From contig OX597821.1 of assembly GCA_951406725.2 (NCBI GenBank), positions 36,456,001-36,520,000 of the forward strand: 64,000 nucleotides of DNA, read 5' to 3'. Shown in pieces: positions 43,093 to 59,165 of the stretch. Each line of letters opens with the position of its first letter. Within the stretch, counting starts at the first letter, position 1. Source of the stretch: Octopus vulgaris (lineage: Eukaryota). The translations under genes were made by a program, and so were the position numbers. Under the pieces are notes generated by a model, which was given only the letters and a program-made list of their open reading frames with translations, was not told the origin of the DNA and ran no database searches.

Positions 43093-43396
43093 ACTTGAGG
43101 AAGATGAACATGAAGAATGTGCAGATGAAAATAAAGCAGCCAATGGCAATAACACCATCAATAATAATAATACTAATAGTAACAATGACAATCCAAACAG
43201 GTTGTCTTTCTCATTGACACCTATGAAGAAGTTTAGTAGAGAGGGGTACAATATATTTCAAAACCATATTCCTTCAACATCGCTAATATTAAAAGATAAC
43301 TGGACAAATGGAACTAACAAAATAGACGAAAAACCGCCAATATCCATCTTTGAAAACATGGAAACATGCACATCTACAACAGACGAAATTCATTAA
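41370..43396 (+). CDS. PRDM1: PRDM1/Blimp-1 terminal coding exon: Pro/Ser-rich region, four C2H2 + one C2HC zinc finger, acidic tail
   Basis: ttttcgcag acceptor, phase 1, in frame with ORF 41429-43396. Contains the Blimp-1 signature [23 protein letters not shown]...[40 protein letters not shown], and a final CxxC..H..C finger. Confidence 0.97.
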
Positions 43397-43452
43397 CTCT
43401 CTTATATAATTAAACCCCATCTAATTATTCTTATCATCAGATATTATTATTA

Positions 43453-44900
<1,448 letters not shown>

Positions 44901-44935
44901 CATCATCATCATCATCATCATCATCATCTCCATCA

Positions 44936-44969
<34 letters not shown>

Positions 44970-44986
44970 CATCATCATCATCATCA

Positions 44987-45026
<40 letters not shown>

Positions 45027-45267
45027 TTTTGTTCATCATGTGCCAGTGCGTGTGTATTCATCATTATTTTATTTATTTCATTCAATCTTAGAAAACTTGA
45101 AGCATGCCTTTGACAATTCTGGAGCACATTGAACTTATTTCAGATTTTAATGCTTTTAGTATGTATCAAAATAGTACGGTATCGAGGCAAAAGACGAATC
45201 TTATTTATAGCACTGAGTCTGATATCCTATAAAATTGAAATCATTTGCGGACAATTTGTATCTTATT

Positions 45268-45494
45268 GCTTTATTGCCCACAAGGAGCTAAACATAGAGA
45301 GGACAAACAAGGACAGACAAAGGAATTAAGTCGATTACATCGACCCAGTGCGTAACTGGTACTTAATTTATCGACCCCGAAAGGATGAAAGGCAAAGTTG
45401 ACCTCGGCGGAATTTGAACTCAGAACGTAAAGACAGACGAAAAACTGCTAAGAATTTCGCCCGGTATGCTAACGTTTCTGCCAGCTCGCCGCCT
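45268..45494 (-). mobile_element. SINE family B
   Basis: Full-length match to the family. Confidence 0.9.
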
Positions 45495-47023
45495 TTTTGT
45501 ATCAAACAAAGATTAGTTATTAATTTACTACAAGAGAGGTACAATGCATTCGAATAAATATAGGAATATTCTGTAGATATAAATTAAATAAATAGATTGT
45601 AGGTACTGGTAAAGGGTTCTAGAAAGGAGTATAAGCACGACTGTGTTGTTAAGATATTCGCTTTGCAATCACGGGATTCCGTATTAGATTTCACTCCGTA
45701 GCACTTTGGACGCGTGACTTCTGATCCGTCACCTGATTTCTCGTCACTGTCTGTCCCTTGGATACCTGCAATGGAGTTAACGCCGTTGCAAATATTGGGA
45801 CCAAGACAGCGATCAGAAAATAATATGGTCTCTTAATGCGCTGCTTCTCCCTTCTGTAACATACCCTTTATTTTTTTTTTCTATCCACAGAAACCCAGCA
45901 ATATTCATAGACACTGCTTTGCCACTTACGAGTAGGCCATAAGACATAGCACTCACTAAGATTACTTGTCGTTGTATATCGATCAGGAGAAGTTCAAGTA
46001 GCGTTGGGAAGTGGCTGTAATTCGTAAGTTGAGGTAAATAATAGTAAACGGTGGTACATTTTTAGTTGTAGTAAGTGTTGTTTAATAATGTTTAAATAAA
46101 GGGTGACGATGCAAGTTTCTATTTCTTGTTGTGGTTACATGTTGTCGAGAAATACATGGTGATCGCTCTGCTTCATTATTATCTACTTTTATGAACAATA
46201 ACGGTCTGAGTTGCTGGGTCTGTACTTAATACATATTTGTTAAACAACACTCCACAATCATTAACAACTAACATTACTAGTATTTAAATAATCAACCACA
46301 CTTATCGGTACAGACAGAGAGCCACTGAGTGAATCTTTAAAGTATAGTGCATCGGGTTGTGCGAAACTTGATAAATAGTTTGAAAATGAAACATGTAGGG
46401 GGTGATTTTGAGCAAAGGTCTGCTCAATTAGGTCTGACCTGGAGCTAATCATCAACCATCGTCATAAATTTCATTAAACACATCATTGCCTCCCTCTACC
46501 ATCTCCTCCTCATCCTCATCATCCTCATCATCATCATCATCCTCATGATCATCATCATCATCATTATCGTCATTATCATCCCCATTGCCAAAGAAGCCAG
46601 TTATAATATCATTCCATTCTCACTTTGGAACTCTCTATCTACATATTTTATTGACCTTCAAAGGTCGATAAAACAGGCATCAACATAATAGTTTATATCA
46701 TCATCATCGTCGTCATCGTCGTCGTCGTCGTCATCGTCATTATCATCATCATGTATTACAACAAAAAAACCACCAGCACCACCATGGCCACTACCAAAAA
46801 ATTTAGAATAAAGTATAGAGAGGAGAGTGTTTCAATGCGGTCACTCGAGCAATCATATTCCTTTAAATCTCAAACTGGCATCTTAATTCGAAAATGACAG
46901 ATTGAACAATTCAGTCCTAGGAAGACAGAATGATCAAAGCTTGAATGTCTTCATCTATAGCTCTGCTCCTTTAGAACTGAACTAGAGCTCCTAACACACA
47001 CATGCACACACACACACACACAC

Positions 47024-47128
<105 letters not shown>

Positions 47129-47354
47129 CACTTAAAGGTCACAATACATGTATTAAAGCGCTACCAATAGTTTCATATGTTGAGAGAACTCAAACATATT
47201 CTATCACAGATCAATATATCATATATATATATATATATATATAATTAAGATTCAGTTGAATTAGGTACTTTAATTGAGGCACTAAGCCAGTTTGGTATAG
47301 GCCGCTCAGCTCGAAGTTAGATGAACCAAATGTAACAAGGATGCAAAGCTATCA

Positions 47355-47704
47355 ATTCCAGATGTCAATGTATTACGGCCGTTTCGAGCTGCTGCATTTA
47401 ATCGATCAATGAAAATATTACATCAATTTGAAAGAAACCGCTCTACTCATAAGTAGATGACCATATAGATTTCCAACATAAAGCGTAAACGATTTTAGCA
47501 AATTTATATCAGTACTAGAAACCAAAATAATTACATTGTTTCCTTATGTTATATTTTCGGCAGAATGAATTTGTGGAAGAATGAACTAAACTATATGGTC
47601 ATCTACTGATGAGGAGAGCGGTTTCTTTCAATTTGATGTAATGTTTTCATTGATCAATTAAATGGAGCTGCTTGAAACGGCCGCAATGCATTGATATCTG
47701 AAAT
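47355..47704. repeat. Older inverted repeat carrying a long-stem-II hammerhead remnant
   Basis: Arms ~47355-47468 and ~47591-47704; CTGATGA...GAAA-cggccg at 47606-47685. Confidence 0.85.
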
Positions 47705-47729
47705 CCTTGTTATTTATTTTCATTATATA

Positions 47730-47780
<51 letters not shown>

Positions 47781-47826
47781 TTGTGTGTGTGTGTGTTTGT
47801 GTGTGTGTAAGTGTATGTATGTATGT

Positions 47827-47912
<86 letters not shown>

Positions 47913-49228
47913 TCGTTCGACCTGCTAGAAAAGTAATTAAAGCACCTCCAAATCTTATCTGACTGCCTTGAAAGATGATGGCTATTCTGGATATCATAGT
48001 CCGAGATAAAACGGGATGGTCATGGTTGAAATGCTTTTGATCATAGATCTGTTTATTCACAACTCATCCAGGGATGAACGGTAATATGACTATATTTTGT
48101 CAGTCTGCGCGAAGAAAACCAGACGTCAAGATGTAATTACCACCAACATCACCACCACCACCACTACTACTAATACTGCTGCTGCTACTGCTGCTGCTAC
48201 TACTACTACTACTACTACTACTATAACTACTACTACTTCTACTACTACTAGCAAGATCATGCCAGCACCGAGCAGAGACTCTACCTGCTAAATATAGCAG
48301 AGAAATACATCAGAAAATGTATTTCTCTAGATATATCACTGAAAAGTTGAGATGGCCATACCTGGTAGGTTTGCTCGATCAGAGCCGATCTGTAGCTGAA
48401 CAACAGCAAAAACAACAACGCCCACTTCACACTGTACAAACAGCAATCATCATGTTCACCTATCAACGTCAGTTAGCAAACTACGACAGCAAACACAAAA
48501 CCACAATCACCACCGCCACAATCGCTAACACATTACTATCATCAACATGACTATTCGATTTCATTGACATAAATTATGTTATAGCTATTCTTGTTTTGAT
48601 GTTGACAATCAAATTTTAATTTAATATCTTGTTTGTATGTGAATATCTTTCTAAGTGTCGAAAGCGCTGAAATGACAGCCGTTGGAGCGTTGGATAGAAT
48701 ATTATGTGACTTCCGTTCCGGCTCTTTGTGTTCATAGTTCAATTCATGCCCAGCTCAAATTTGCATTTTATCCTTATGGAGTTGATAAATAAAAGTACCA
48801 GACAAGTACAGGAGTCGTTTTTTTTTTCTTTGTTTTTCCGACTCGATAAGAATTGGGTATAACTTCTAAAGCAAAACTCAGGAGGTTTCTGGTAAGCAAC
48901 TGAAAACTACCATTCTACTTCGCCTGCAAAATTCCAAAACATGCTGATAGAGGTTGTCAAAGATATCACTAACGGGTCATTCGTAGATCTGATGGCGAAA
49001 CGAAGGCAGAAACCCATGTGTATGTATGTACGTATGTAGGTACATATACTTATAAACATGTCATTGTAACGCTGTAACTATTTGATGTGTATATACCCTA
49101 TGTGTGTGTAATCTTCATACATGTAAATATTATTACAAACACAGAAATACATGTACAAATAATAAGTTGACTGGTTTTAAATCCTTACATATACAAAACA
49201 AAAATATATGTACAAACACATAACTATA

Positions 49229-49270
<42 letters not shown>

Positions 49271-49409
49271 TATATATGCATATGTAACGATATAGACCAG
49301 ACTATCGTATGTTGTTATACATCGCTGGTCACAATGCGCTTCACATTGTTTTAGCTCTCGAATGAGCCACCCTGCTTGTTGGGTGAATAGGCCAACATAC
49401 AAATAAACT

Positions 49410-49463
<54 letters not shown>

Positions 49464-49865
49464 AGTTTATTTATATACCAATTTATGGATGATGTATCAT
49501 GACATAAATGTTTCGATGAGAGCCGAATTTGTGGAAGTTAGTCTAAGCATTAACGAAATACCCAGATATCTTCAGGAAAAGTCTGCAAGTATGAAGGAGC
49601 ACCCTTTCGAAAGATTAAGCAAATTGTGTTGAAGTGATTGCGTTAGTTTTGTCTGGTATTTATTTTATCGATATCACCCAGGGGCAAGGTAAAATCGTCT
49701 TAGATTTTAAACGCAGCAGTTTGTAACTGAATTTCACAATGCATTTTGTCCGACGCACCAACGTTCCAGCTGTTCATCCGTTGACACATACACATTCATA
49801 CACACATCAAATATACACGCATGCATACATACTTACATAAATACGTACACGCATATGTATGTGTG

Positions 49866-49920
<55 letters not shown>

Positions 49921-50717
49921 ATATACTTGTGTATATGTATATATACATACACATGTGGGTATAAATATTTGTATATATATATATTTGTATGTGTGTGAAT
50001 AAACACACCCATACGCACATCTACATGGACATCGTTTCCAATTACATAATATATTAATCTTTATTTTATATTCTGTTTCTTTTTGTTGTTTTTTTTTTAT
50101 ATCTTATCTGACTTGATATAAGTAATACATGAAAATACTGGGACCAGTAAATTTAATAATAAAACAACTGTTGATTGTGCAAAAGAGTTGAAATACTACT
50201 GAATCATTGTCAAATTGATGTTCTAGCGGTTCTATACCACCCAACGAATGACAGATATATATCGTAAAAATAATATAAATAAATAAATATATAAATATCA
50301 AAGAAACGGTCCTTGATTTTTTTTATTTTTCATTTTGTTGACTTTTATTTAACAAGATCGCTAAAGTATTTTACAAGGGGCCTTCTAGAATACTTGAAAG
50401 TGAGCGAATACTACTTCAAACAAAAATTAAAGAATTCAAAGGTAAGCGCATTTCACTTTCTATCAAATCTAGCGTCACCTACAACAACCATTTCTAACTT
50501 TTTTTCTCAAGAATAATATCCTTTGTACTATAAGCAAAAGCACTGAAGCTTTGGGGGAAGAGCTAGACGATTTTGTAGACTCCAGTGCTCAGCTGGTTTT
50601 TATTTTATGAGACACAAAAGGACGGAAGGCGAAGAATGCCTTAATGAAATTGCAATTCAGAACGTAAACAACCGGAAGTAATACCACTATGCATTTTGTA
50701 CAGCCTGATGACGATTC

Positions 50718-51138
50718 TTATTTCTTTATTGCCCACAAGGGGCTAAACATAGAGGGGACAATCAAGGACAGACAAATGGATTAAGTCGATTACATCGACC
50801 CCAGTGCGTAACTGGTACTTAATTTATTGACCCCAAAAGAATGAAGGCAAAATCGACCTCGGCGGAATTTGAACTCAGAACGTAACGGCAGACGAAATAC
50901 CTATTTCTATTTCTTTACTACCCACATGGGGCTAAACACAGAGAGGACAAACAAGGACAGACAAAGGAATTAAGTCGATTATGTCGACCCCAGTGCGTAA
51001 CTGGTACTTATTTAATCGACCCCGAAAGGATGAAAAGCAAAGTCGACCTCGGCGGAATTTGAACTCACAACGTAGCGGCAGACGAAATACCGCTAAGCAT
51101 TTCGCCCGGCGTGCTAACGATTCTGCCAGCTCACCACC
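50718..51138 (-). mobile_element. Two tandem SINE family B copies (plus an older one at ~50520-50715)
   Basis: The cccacaaggggctaaac...gaactcagaacgtaacggcagacgaaatac unit occurs twice. Confidence 0.9.
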
Positions 51139-52299
51139 TTTTTCTCAGATACATTATCACGTCTTCTATTTTTTTTTTTTTTTGTTCAAACTGAACCTAA
51201 GGTTTGTTTTTGCTTAGCACCAGATTAACACCAGATTAAGTAAACCTATGCTCTAGGATTATATTTTTCTATATGTCCTTCCTTTGTTAGTATGTTGATA
51301 GCAACTAATATTTAATGCTATTTATGAAGTTATTTCAGATAACAAAGGTGCAGGCCTGACTGTGCAGTTTATTATTTAATTCTGCAATGCTGTTATTTCA
51401 GAGAAAAATATGAAGATATGACTATGTACATAAGTAAATTTAAGTTCACTCTTCAATCACGTTGACTGGAGGTCGATCCCATCATACTTAATCCTTTAAC
51501 AAGAGTCTTCAGCTATAGCCTCTGATTGACCAATAATTTATTAGTAAAATTCGGTAGACGGAAACTACGAGGAAATTTGTAGTGTGATAAATGTTTTCAG
51601 CGATGTATATCGGTGAAAGATCAAAACAAAAGCGAGAAAACAGATAAGCTGGTGCTTTCAAAGGAAAGTGTCTTGAGATATCTGTTTCACTCGAGTAATG
51701 TAGCCACTCCATTAAAATCATCGTAAATGCAGTGAACCAGTGATTGGCTTGTCAGAAACCAGTTACGGATGACGTTACTTTTTCTGTAACGTGATATAAA
51801 AGAAATAAAAATAAGGCAACAATAGAACTTCCTTTCAAATAATTTGTGTATGTGAGATTGACTACGTTGATTATTACCTCATCCGAAACCTTGTACGACA
51901 GACGAGTGATTCTTCCACGGTATTTTAGAGGTAATTATTGGAACCAACGTCTATTACGTGGTTGCATGACCATCGATAACGACCAAATCTCCCTCAAATT
52001 ACAACCAACTGCTTTAAAAGGAACATAATTTAAATTGTAGAACTAAATATACTGTTTAAAAAACAAAATCGGAATGGTAACGACAAGAACACTTTCTGGC
52101 ATGCCATAATGAACCATCTGAATCAGGACTGACCTGGTCCTAAGCGACAGCGATCGGTTTTATATTTAGGAATCTTGTGAGGATTAAATACCAATGGACT
52201 TCGAGCAAACCGGTAATATTTAAAGAACTCAGTGTAAATATAATATAGATACATATTTGATTTTTGTTTCTCACAAGGAAAAAAAGATCTTTGTATACG

Positions 52300-54750
52300 A
52301 CCATTGTAGTACATTGGAGAGTGATGAAATAAACGTGATTTATGTCCAGCATGAATATCTGTAAACTGAAATCTGCAGTAAGTGCATTGGTATGAAGAGT
52401 AATCCTGTGGATCGGTCTTCTGGTGAAGAATAAACAGTTAGGGCGTAGCTTTCGTAAACAGGAGAAACAGGCGAGGTCTTTGGTATCAGTAAAGGTAGTA
52501 CATAACTAGCTTTTTCAAAAGAGTTAAGGATGTTTATCATAGTAATCTAATATGCGAAGATAAGAGACCGTAGAGCAGGAAGAGTAGTGTGTTTCTATGT
52601 GAACCATTGCAAGTTAGACTGTTGGCCTTCTGTTTTGAAGTTATCTAGAATGTGTGTGTAGTAGGTGCACTGTTCCAGATGTAAGAACATATTTCATTGT
52701 TGGTTTCACTTTAGACGCGTTTATCATCAACAATTTATGAATGGCGAAATATGTTTTGGTTTTGAAGAGAAAGGATAGTATTTGAGATACAACTTTAGCG
52801 ATGTTATGGATGTATATTCGCCTGGAAAGGTAACCAGAGATTGCCAAGCTACCCATTTGTAACGATTCTGAAGATTTTACTTGCTCGTTGACCAAGATAA
52901 AATTAGGTACGTTAGCTGTCTTCTTGATATGCACAAGGAGTGTGACTGCTGTTGAAAGAAGCTATATTTTCATTATACTACTGAAAGATATTTTCAAGAG
53001 CTCTATTCGTTGAATTGGTTTGTTGTGTTTAGGATGCATGAGGATGGCATATATGTGTGAAAGGTTAGGAAAAGTTTGAATAGTGATGAGAGTTAATCTA
53101 TCTCTAATATGTAAGAGCGAAGGTCATATGGGAAACAACCAAAATGCTGGAGTTGACAGTGTGTGAATCAGAACGTCTCAGCGCAAACGTCAATGGTGCA
53201 GCCTGATAGAAAGCCTCCAGTTTAAGCAATAATAATGGATGAACTATAGACGGAGATTCCTATGCGAAATTCTTTTCACAGCAGCACCAACACATTGTTC
53301 AAAACTCTTAAGAGAATGAGAACAACACTGAGTGACATAGAATAGCAGGTGACCGATAGATTTGGCTCTAAGCAAGTAGTAAGGAAGGCCAAAGTAAGTG
53401 CTCGTTACCCATTGCTTCCTTCATATTTGGAATTTTGAAAGTTGCAGTTAAGACAAAACTGGTTGACTTTAATGAGACCGGTAAACAATGTCGCTTGTTA
53501 CCAATGAAAAGTTTGGAGAGAGAAAAGATCAACTTTGAAGTATGCCGTTTAAGAGTGCTGCAATGGTGCAAGGGTTATTGACACAATCAGCTGACTTATT
53601 GGTATTATATGTGTACACGTTAGTGAGACTTTTAGAGTGAAGAGAAAAATGTTTGGAAAGATTTTGTTGAGTGGACGTAGCGTGGACTTCAATGATAAGT
53701 GGACACGAAAGATTTTCACAGGATCACTATTTACGGTGACAGTTTATTTGAAGATAAGCAGAATGGAACAATGAGCAAAGTTGGTTGAGGTATTCTTAAC
53801 AAGAAACCAAAGGGAACCAATAGAGCCTGGGAGGTAGGATACATTTCTGCTAGTGTACGCCAATACTTCTGAAGCTACGTAAATGAAGGCAGAATAGAGA
53901 CCGCGCATCAGTAGATTGTACTGCTCCTAAACACTAAAGGGCAAGCTTTGGTATTAAACCAGCCACCGTATTGGACCAACACTTCCAAACGGAACAATAA
54001 GGATTTACCGGATGACTCTCAGTAAATAGAAACATTTGATTTCTGAATGAAACTCATGTTACAGTTGTGGGATTTGCTTATGAATAAAGTGCAAGGGGAT
54101 TTCGATCAATTGCTTAGCTGTCTTCGATGGTGATGGACGAAGTACGTTTTCTGACGTATAGCGTAAAACTGATAGCATTCCAACCAGTTGATTTGAAGCT
54201 CAATAAGGTTCGTTTGACAGCATAAGTATTTCTAGCAGAAAGCCTTAATTATTTAACAGGCAGATAATCTAAAGTTCATTGTCGGTGATAGATAGGTAAA
54301 GGGCTAGAAACGAGGAAGATCGAAGGTATCCGGAGAATCTGAGTGTCAGAACAGTCGATGACAATTGTTATCGGATAAAGAGTGTAGCTTCTGTTCCAGC
54401 AGTATCGGTGTGTAGGGATGAGTACAAGAGCCAAGTGGAGCTTTGAATATTGAAGAAAAGGATTTCAGAGGACACCATGATATACATTTCCTCTTTGCCG
54501 AAGGAAAAGTAGCTGAACAGTTTCGCGTCGTTTCTCGCCGTCAAAAATGTCGACAAAATGTTTGCGATACACAAGAAGATAAAAGACAGCAGCTGGTCTA
54601 GCAATAGGTGTACTTGTGCTTTTTTCGGTGGTGTTTGGCAGCGAGGCACCTTAGTGTGAGGGTTATCTCGCTCGAATGGTACTCGACAAGTACGTGTTTT
54701 AATTCCTGTGTGCACTCCAATCAACTTTTCCCTTCTTTCACTACGCATGT
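52300..54750 (-). mobile_element. Probable highly decayed LINE
   Basis: A 2.4-kb high-complexity, microsatellite-free, purine-skewed tract with only short broken ORFs; no diagnostic motif could be read with certainty. Confidence 0.35.
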
Positions 54751-54781
54751 AAATCTAGATAAACTATTTAAACCTCAATTG

Positions 54782-54825
<44 letters not shown>

Positions 54826-54826
<1 letters not shown>

Positions 54827-55208
54827 CACGATGCTATAGAAAGTATCAATCTTGACACAAACAATCTATGGGAAGATTTCAAAACAAAAGTATTTCAGGC
54901 TGCAAGTTCGTCAGTGGAATTTAAATCGCGTAAGTCCAGTGACTGTTTCTCAGATAAATCAGCAGAAATTCAGGATCTGTTTTTAGAAAAAAAAAACTTA
55001 GGCAATGGACTTCTTTCTCAGTCCTTGAACCTCAACTCAAACGAAGCTTACAGGAAGCTGAAAGAGAAAGTGCAGACTGCTCTAAGGAAAATTAAACAGA
55101 AATGGTGGATTGATAGAGCAAAAAAGGCACAAGAAGCAGCTGATAGAAATAACACCATGGGTCTCTACTCATATGTCAAGGAGATATATGGCCCAAATTC
55201 TTCTTCAA
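54826..55208 (+). mobile_element. RTE-clade LINE ORF fragment (linker between endonuclease and RT)
   Basis: LWEDFK...RKSSDCF...YRKLKEKVQTALRKIKQKWWIDRAKKAQEAADRNNTMGLYSYVKEIYGP; bounded by TA repeats. Confidence 0.8.
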
Positions 55209-55474
55209 TATATACGTATATATGTATACACACACACACAAACACACATATTTCACATAACTAATATATATATATCAACTGTATAAGGTACATGATGTAC
55301 ACACAAATACCAATTGAATATTGAGATAAAAGTAGCAACCCAGTTCAACTCAAAAAGCAACTTTCAATCAATTATTTACATCATGAATTTTAGAAATTTA
55401 TATGACACTCACTCACATACACTCTCATACTCACACACACATATACATATCAATACCTACCTAAACAGACAGAC

Positions 55475-55630
<156 letters not shown>

Positions 55631-55881
55631 TGAAAGGTTCGAGGCGACAGCAGGCAACAAAATTGTACACTGCATTCCTAGAGAGTCGGAAAAAAAATCA
55701 TGAACTTATGTCAACATATATCGATGTAACTTTTTCTCTGTCTTTTGTTATTAATATAATATAAGCGATATTGACAGCCGAGAACCGCCCTCGTAGGTAG
55801 ACACTTTGCTGACAGTAACGTGGAGATTATGAAAGTTACATATCTATCTATCTATCTCTTTATGTTTCTATCTATCATATA

Positions 55882-55962
<81 letters not shown>

Positions 55963-56561
55963 GTAGTAAAATTTTTTTATGTATTGTATAGGGAGTAGTT
56001 TGAAATGCTCACATAATAGCCGGAGACACAAGATATAAAAAATGCTAAAGAGAATTCAAATAGGTCCAACAATTTATATAAACATATATTTCATCGTGGA
56101 TCGATGAATATCAGTTTTTAAATATACAAATGTATCAATCGTTAATATTATTAAAACATTAAAATTCTGTGAAAACATAAATTTATAAAAATTTAATGTA
56201 CCTATGTAAATAGACGAATGGGATTAAGTTGTAAAAGCGTAGATGTATAAAAGTATAGATGTATAAAGATATAAGCAGAGACATTTACAATTACAATCAT
56301 ATTAAAAGGCGTTGTAGAATGGCATTATAAAAACTGTTTAAGAATAAATATGCCCTTACGAAAAGGCGAATAAAATAAAGTCTTACAAAAAGAGCGAATA
56401 AAGAAGAATCGTAGCGTTGAGATTAGATTTTTCAAAAGGCATATGTAAATAATCAAAGAAAATAAGTAATACTGTTTAGATAAACTGCTGGTGGTAGTAC
56501 TCTTACGGCCGTTTCAGGGGTATAGTAATCCATAGATTTTAAGGGTATTTTCACTCCAATA

Positions 56562-56643
<82 letters not shown>

Positions 56644-56646
56644 TAC

Positions 56647-56677
<31 letters not shown>

Positions 56678-56749
56678 TGCATATATAAATATACATATGC
56701 ATTTTTTTTAGTTTCAGCTCAGAGCCTCGGCCATGCTGATGCACCGCCG

Positions 56750-56812
<63 letters not shown>

Positions 56813-56878
56813 GGTCCCGGGTTGATTCGGGGTTAACCACAGTAAATAAGGTACTCAATACATAGCAGAGTAAAATTA

Positions 56879-57003
56879 ATTTATTATATAGAAGGAGTTT
56901 ACAGGACTAGAACTGTTTCATTCAAGAGAAATCTTCAGGAAGCTTCCTGAAGATTTGTCTTGAATGAAACAGTTCTAGTCCTGTAGAAGCTCCTTCTATA
57001 TAA

Positions 57004-57007
<4 letters not shown>
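56879..57007. repeat. Spacerless palindrome with hammerhead-like core
   Basis: Centre aagctt at 56940-56945; the right arm has CTGAAGA...GAAAC. Confidence 0.92.
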
Positions 57008-57044
<37 letters not shown>

Positions 57045-57055
57045 GTTTATATATA

Positions 57056-57151
<96 letters not shown>

Positions 57152-57237
57152 TGTATGTATGTATACATAATATAAAAATGTCTACTCACACACGCGAGTT
57201 AGTATATACATATATATATATATATATATATCTGTTA

Positions 57238-57560
57238 ACCTTTTACTCTTTTACTTGTTTCACTCACTTGACTGTGGCCATGCTGGAGCACCGCATTTAG
57301 TCGAGCAAATCGATCACTAGTACTTATTCCATCCGTCTCTTTTGCCGAATCGCTAAGTTTCGGGGTTGTAAACACACCAGCATCGGTTTCAAGTGATGTT
57401 GGGGGGACAAACACAGATACACAAACATATACATACACATGCATATATATACATATATACGACTGGCTTCTTTCAGTTTCCGTCTAGCAAATCCACTCAC
57501 AAGGCTTTGGTCAGCCCGGGGCTATAGTAGAAGACACTACCACACAGCCGCTCCTACGCC
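57238..57560 (-). mobile_element. SINE family A (internally deleted)
   Basis: Family match with loss of the B-box region. Confidence 0.85.
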
Positions 57561-57589
57561 TATATATATACATATATATATACATACAT

Positions 57590-57622
<33 letters not shown>

Positions 57623-58326
57623 GGGTATGTGCGCGTGCTTGTGAGGGGGTTAGGGGGGGAGCACGCGTTTTTGTAGCAAATCTACAATTCCTTCGATAAA
57701 GAATATCAACCGAACTGCTCATTAAATTATTGTGTAAGTAGCTATGTAGGTAGGCAACCCACAAGCTCATATATTCTTCGCAGAAGACCCAGTCAGACTC
57801 AGACTCAACGTTACACAGTGTAATGAGAATGTCTCTTTGAATTGCAGTTCGTGTTCATCCTGCAGTTAACCACACAATTTACGTCGTCCTAGTTTCATGC
57901 GTATGGCACGGATCTTCGAATTATTATTGAATATCAGAAATTCAGTAATTCAGAGTTTGAAATCTTAGCTTCAATAAAAATACAACGTGGCACATAATAT
58001 TTTGAAGATTTGTAAAACATTTCAGAGTTTCACCATCTGAAATATTTTAGGTTAATAGAAGCACACACTTCGTTGTGGGCATCGACAGCTTAACCAACAC
58101 ACCAATTCAACCACATACTTAAAAACTCAAAAAGTTCTATCACCTTGTTAGAGGCGGGTTTCAAGTCTAATAAGAACTTAAGTAAAACTCCAAGAAAAAA
58201 TATACATACATGTGTGTCTGTGTGTATATGTGTGTGTGTGTACATATAAATGCACACAAACACATATATTTGTGTGCACATACACCGACATATATATTTT
58301 TCATTCTATCGAATTTTCCATTTTCC

Positions 58327-58359
58327 TTTCTGACGAAGAGCTATGCTCGAAACGTCAGA
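58327..58359 (+). ncRNA. Minimal hammerhead motif with intact core
   Basis: ttt-CTGACGA-a-gagc(tat)gctc-GAAAC-GTC-aga; ACGT palindromic stem III. Confidence 0.8.
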
Positions 58360-58466
58360 AACTATCTCTTTGTCCCACCTTAATCGAACGTCATACCAAT
58401 ACTTTCTATGTGCACGTCCACTTGCTGGTTTGTTATTGTTATATTCAATGTTCGATTATTGGATTT

Positions 58467-58520
<54 letters not shown>

Positions 58521-58524
<4 letters not shown>

Positions 58525-58710
58525 AGAGTTTACGAAACAAAACAAAAGACGAAGACAGGTGGTGTACAAAACAAACAGATGTATTAGTATAACGCTCAGG
58601 AATAGAAAAAGTCCTTTACGTTTCCAGCCTACGCTCTTCTACAGAAAGGGACACAGAAAAAACAAGGAGAGAAAAAAATGTGTGTAGTGGCTAACGATCT
58701 ATCATGGCGA
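58521..58710 (-). mobile_element. Penelope-type terminal repeat with hammerhead variant at 58613-58649
   Basis: Minus strand cttt-CTGTAGA-a-gagc(gtag)gctg-GAAAC-GTA-aagg; inside (TA)n. Confidence 0.72.
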
Positions 58711-58713
58711 TCT

Positions 58714-58775
<62 letters not shown>

Positions 58776-58936
58776 CGTATGTATGTATGTATGTATGTAT
58801 GTATGTATGTGTGTATGTATGTATGTGTGTATGTATGTATGTATGTATATATATATGTATGTATGTATGTATGTGTGTGTGTGTATGTATGTATGTATGT
58901 ATTATGTATGTATGTACGTATGTATATACTAGTATA

Positions 58937-59165
58937 GGCGGCGAACTGGCAGAATCGTTAGCACGTCGGGCGAAATGCTTAGCGGTATTTCATCTGCCGC
59001 TACGTTCTGAGTTCAAATTCCGCCGAGGTCGACTTTGCCTTTCATCCTTTCGGGGTCGATAAATAAAGTACCAGTTTTGCACTGGGGTCGATGTAATCGA
59101 CTTAATCCCTTTGTCTGTCCTTGTTTGTCCCCTCTATGTTTAGCCCCTTGTGGGCAATAAAGAAA
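58937..59165 (+). mobile_element. SINE family B, full length with 14-bp TSD
   Basis: TSD tatatactagtata at 58923-58936 and 59166-59179; B-box gagttcaaattcc. Confidence 0.93.

Noticed and set aside
42718-43251. Antisense ORFs overlapping the PRDM1 last exon
   Set aside because: Shadow frames of the low-complexity acidic tail.
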